This document shows, piece after piece, positions 63,038 to 64,000 of a stretch of DNA of 64,000 bases. A program made the translations under genes and the position numbers. Location of the stretch: positions 198,841 through 262,840 of the forward strand of contig CANLYJ010000004.1 in the NCBI GenBank assembly GCA_947495295.1, given 5' to 3'. Position 1 is the stretch's first letter. Each line of letters begins with the position of its first letter. This DNA comes from an uncultured Rhodobacteraceae bacterium. Lineage in GTDB: Bacteria > Pseudomonadota > Alphaproteobacteria > Rhodobacterales > Rhodobacteraceae. The notes under the pieces are model-generated. The model had not been told where the DNA came from, did no database searches, and saw only the letters and a list, made by a program, of their open reading frames with translations.

Positions 63038-63853
63038 ATGAAAATCTTGTTTCTGGGTGATGTCATGGGCCGCGCGGGCCGGGCGGCGGTAGCGACGCAT
63101 CTGCCGCGGCTGCGGGACGAATGGCGTTTGGACTTTGTCGTGGTCAATGGTGAGAACGCCACATCGGGCATGGGCCTGTCCGGTGATCACGCCAAGGGTC
63201 TGCTGGACGCCGGGGCCGATGTGATCACCTTGGGTGACCATGCCTTTGATCAAAAGGACATGCTGACCTTTGTTGAAAAGGAACAGCGGATTATTCGGCC
63301 GATCAACTTCTCCAAGGCCGCCCCGGGTGCGGGTGCCCGTGTGTTCCAGGCCAAAGGTGGGCGCAAGGTTCTGGTCGCGCAGGTGCTGGGGCAGGTGTTC
63401 ATGAAGCGTCCCTTTGACGACCCATTTTCGGCGCTTGATGCCACGTTGCGCCAGTATCCCATGGGCGGGCAGGTACAGGCGAGCCTGATCGATTTTCATT
63501 GCGAGGCCACATCGGAAAAGATGGCGGCCGGGCATTTTTGCGACGGGCGCGCCAGCATTGTTGTGGGCACCCATACTCATGTGCCGACCGCCGACGCGAT
63601 GATCCTGCCCGGTGGCACGGCCTATCTGACTGACGCGGGGATGTGCGGCGACTACAACTCTGTTATTGGGATGGAAAAGGCCGAACCGATGCGCCGGTTT
63701 GTCACCGGTATGCCCAAATCCCGGTTCACCCCTGCATTGGAAGAGGCGACGCTGGCAGGCCTCTATGTCGAAACTGATGATCGCACGGGCAAGGCCACGC
63801 GCATGGCACCGGTACGCCAGGGCGGGCGGTTGATGCAGACCGGGCCTGCGTAA
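63038..63853 (+). CDS. YmdB-like (TIGR00282) metallophosphoesterase
   Basis: MKILFLGDVMGRAGR, NGENATSGMG, TLGDHAFD, GTHTHVPTAD motifs. Confidence 0.88.
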   Translation: MKILFLGDVMGRAGRAAVATHLPRLRDEWRLDFVVVNGENATSGMGLSGDHAKGLLDAGADVITLGDHAFDQKDMLTFVEKEQRIIRPINFSKAAPGAGARVFQAKGGRKVLVAQVLGQVFMKRPFDDPFSALDATLRQYPMGGQVQASLIDFHCEATSEKMAAGHFCDGRASIVVGTHTHVPTADAMILPGGTAYLTDAGMCGDYNSVIGMEKAEPMRRFVTGMPKSRFTPALEEATLAGLYVETDDRTGKATRMAPVRQGGRLMQTGPA

Positions 63854-63896
63854 CCACCGCTTGCCCTTCCCCGATCAACCCGCGACACTGGGCCTG

Positions 63897-64000
63897 ATGA
63901 CTGATTTTATTGCCCTTTCACAAACGCAAGCCGCCTTTCTGACGATGGGCGTGGTTGTGGCCATGTTCCTGTTGTTCCTGCGCGAGGTGTTCCCGACCGA
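63897..64000 (+). CDS. 5' fragment of a membrane transporter gene (runs off window)
   Basis: ATG 63897 gives MTDFIALSQTQAAFLTMGVVVAMFLLFLREVFPT, a hydrophobic N-terminus like SLC13/TrkA-C permeases. Only 34 codons are visible. Confidence 0.4.
   Translation, partial: MTDFIALSQTQAAFLTMGVVVAMFLLFLREVFPT

Overview
High-GC alphaproteobacterial (Rhodobacteraceae-like) chromosomal segment, densely coding, with many 1-4 nt start/stop overlaps and GTG/TTG starts. I read about 70 genes, one tRNA-Tyr(GUA), no rRNA and no CRISPR. Main modules: (1) an L-carnitine catabolic module (BKACE plus carnitine dehydrogenase-thioesterase) with a lipocalin and a small lipoprotein wedged inside; (2) EF-hand protein, ECF sigma, anti-sigma and periplasmic sensor; (3) a PleD-like cyclase whose receiver domain has lost all phospho-acceptor residues; (4) an orphan non-Pyl MttB methyltransferase; (5) a nine-gene minus-strand operon at 16.8-23.9 kb (TerC, small TM protein, XpaC-like, TelA, DUF2927 lipoprotein, SPFH-GYF fusion, GFA, cytochrome b561-like, double zinc-ribbon TM protein), my best candidate for an undescribed envelope-stress system; (6) a lower-GC composite island at about 24.8-37.5 kb, made of a CueR-controlled copper module and a pseudaminic acid cluster (pseB, C, F, G, I, no intact pseH) ending in a TPR/GT9-like candidate pseudaminyltransferase, whose insertion appears to have truncated a cytochrome c gene; (7) a homogentisate cluster with a two-component-like hydroxylase and DinB/MBL proteins, placed divergently from a MarR regulator and a 1069-aa reductive dehalogenase fused to a PDR-type reductase; (8) housekeeping genes (parE, rlmB, mgtE, dtd, purine deaminases). 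Several palindromic repeat families and an integrase remnant next to the tRNA are also present. All functional calls rest on motif recognition by eye; no database search was run.
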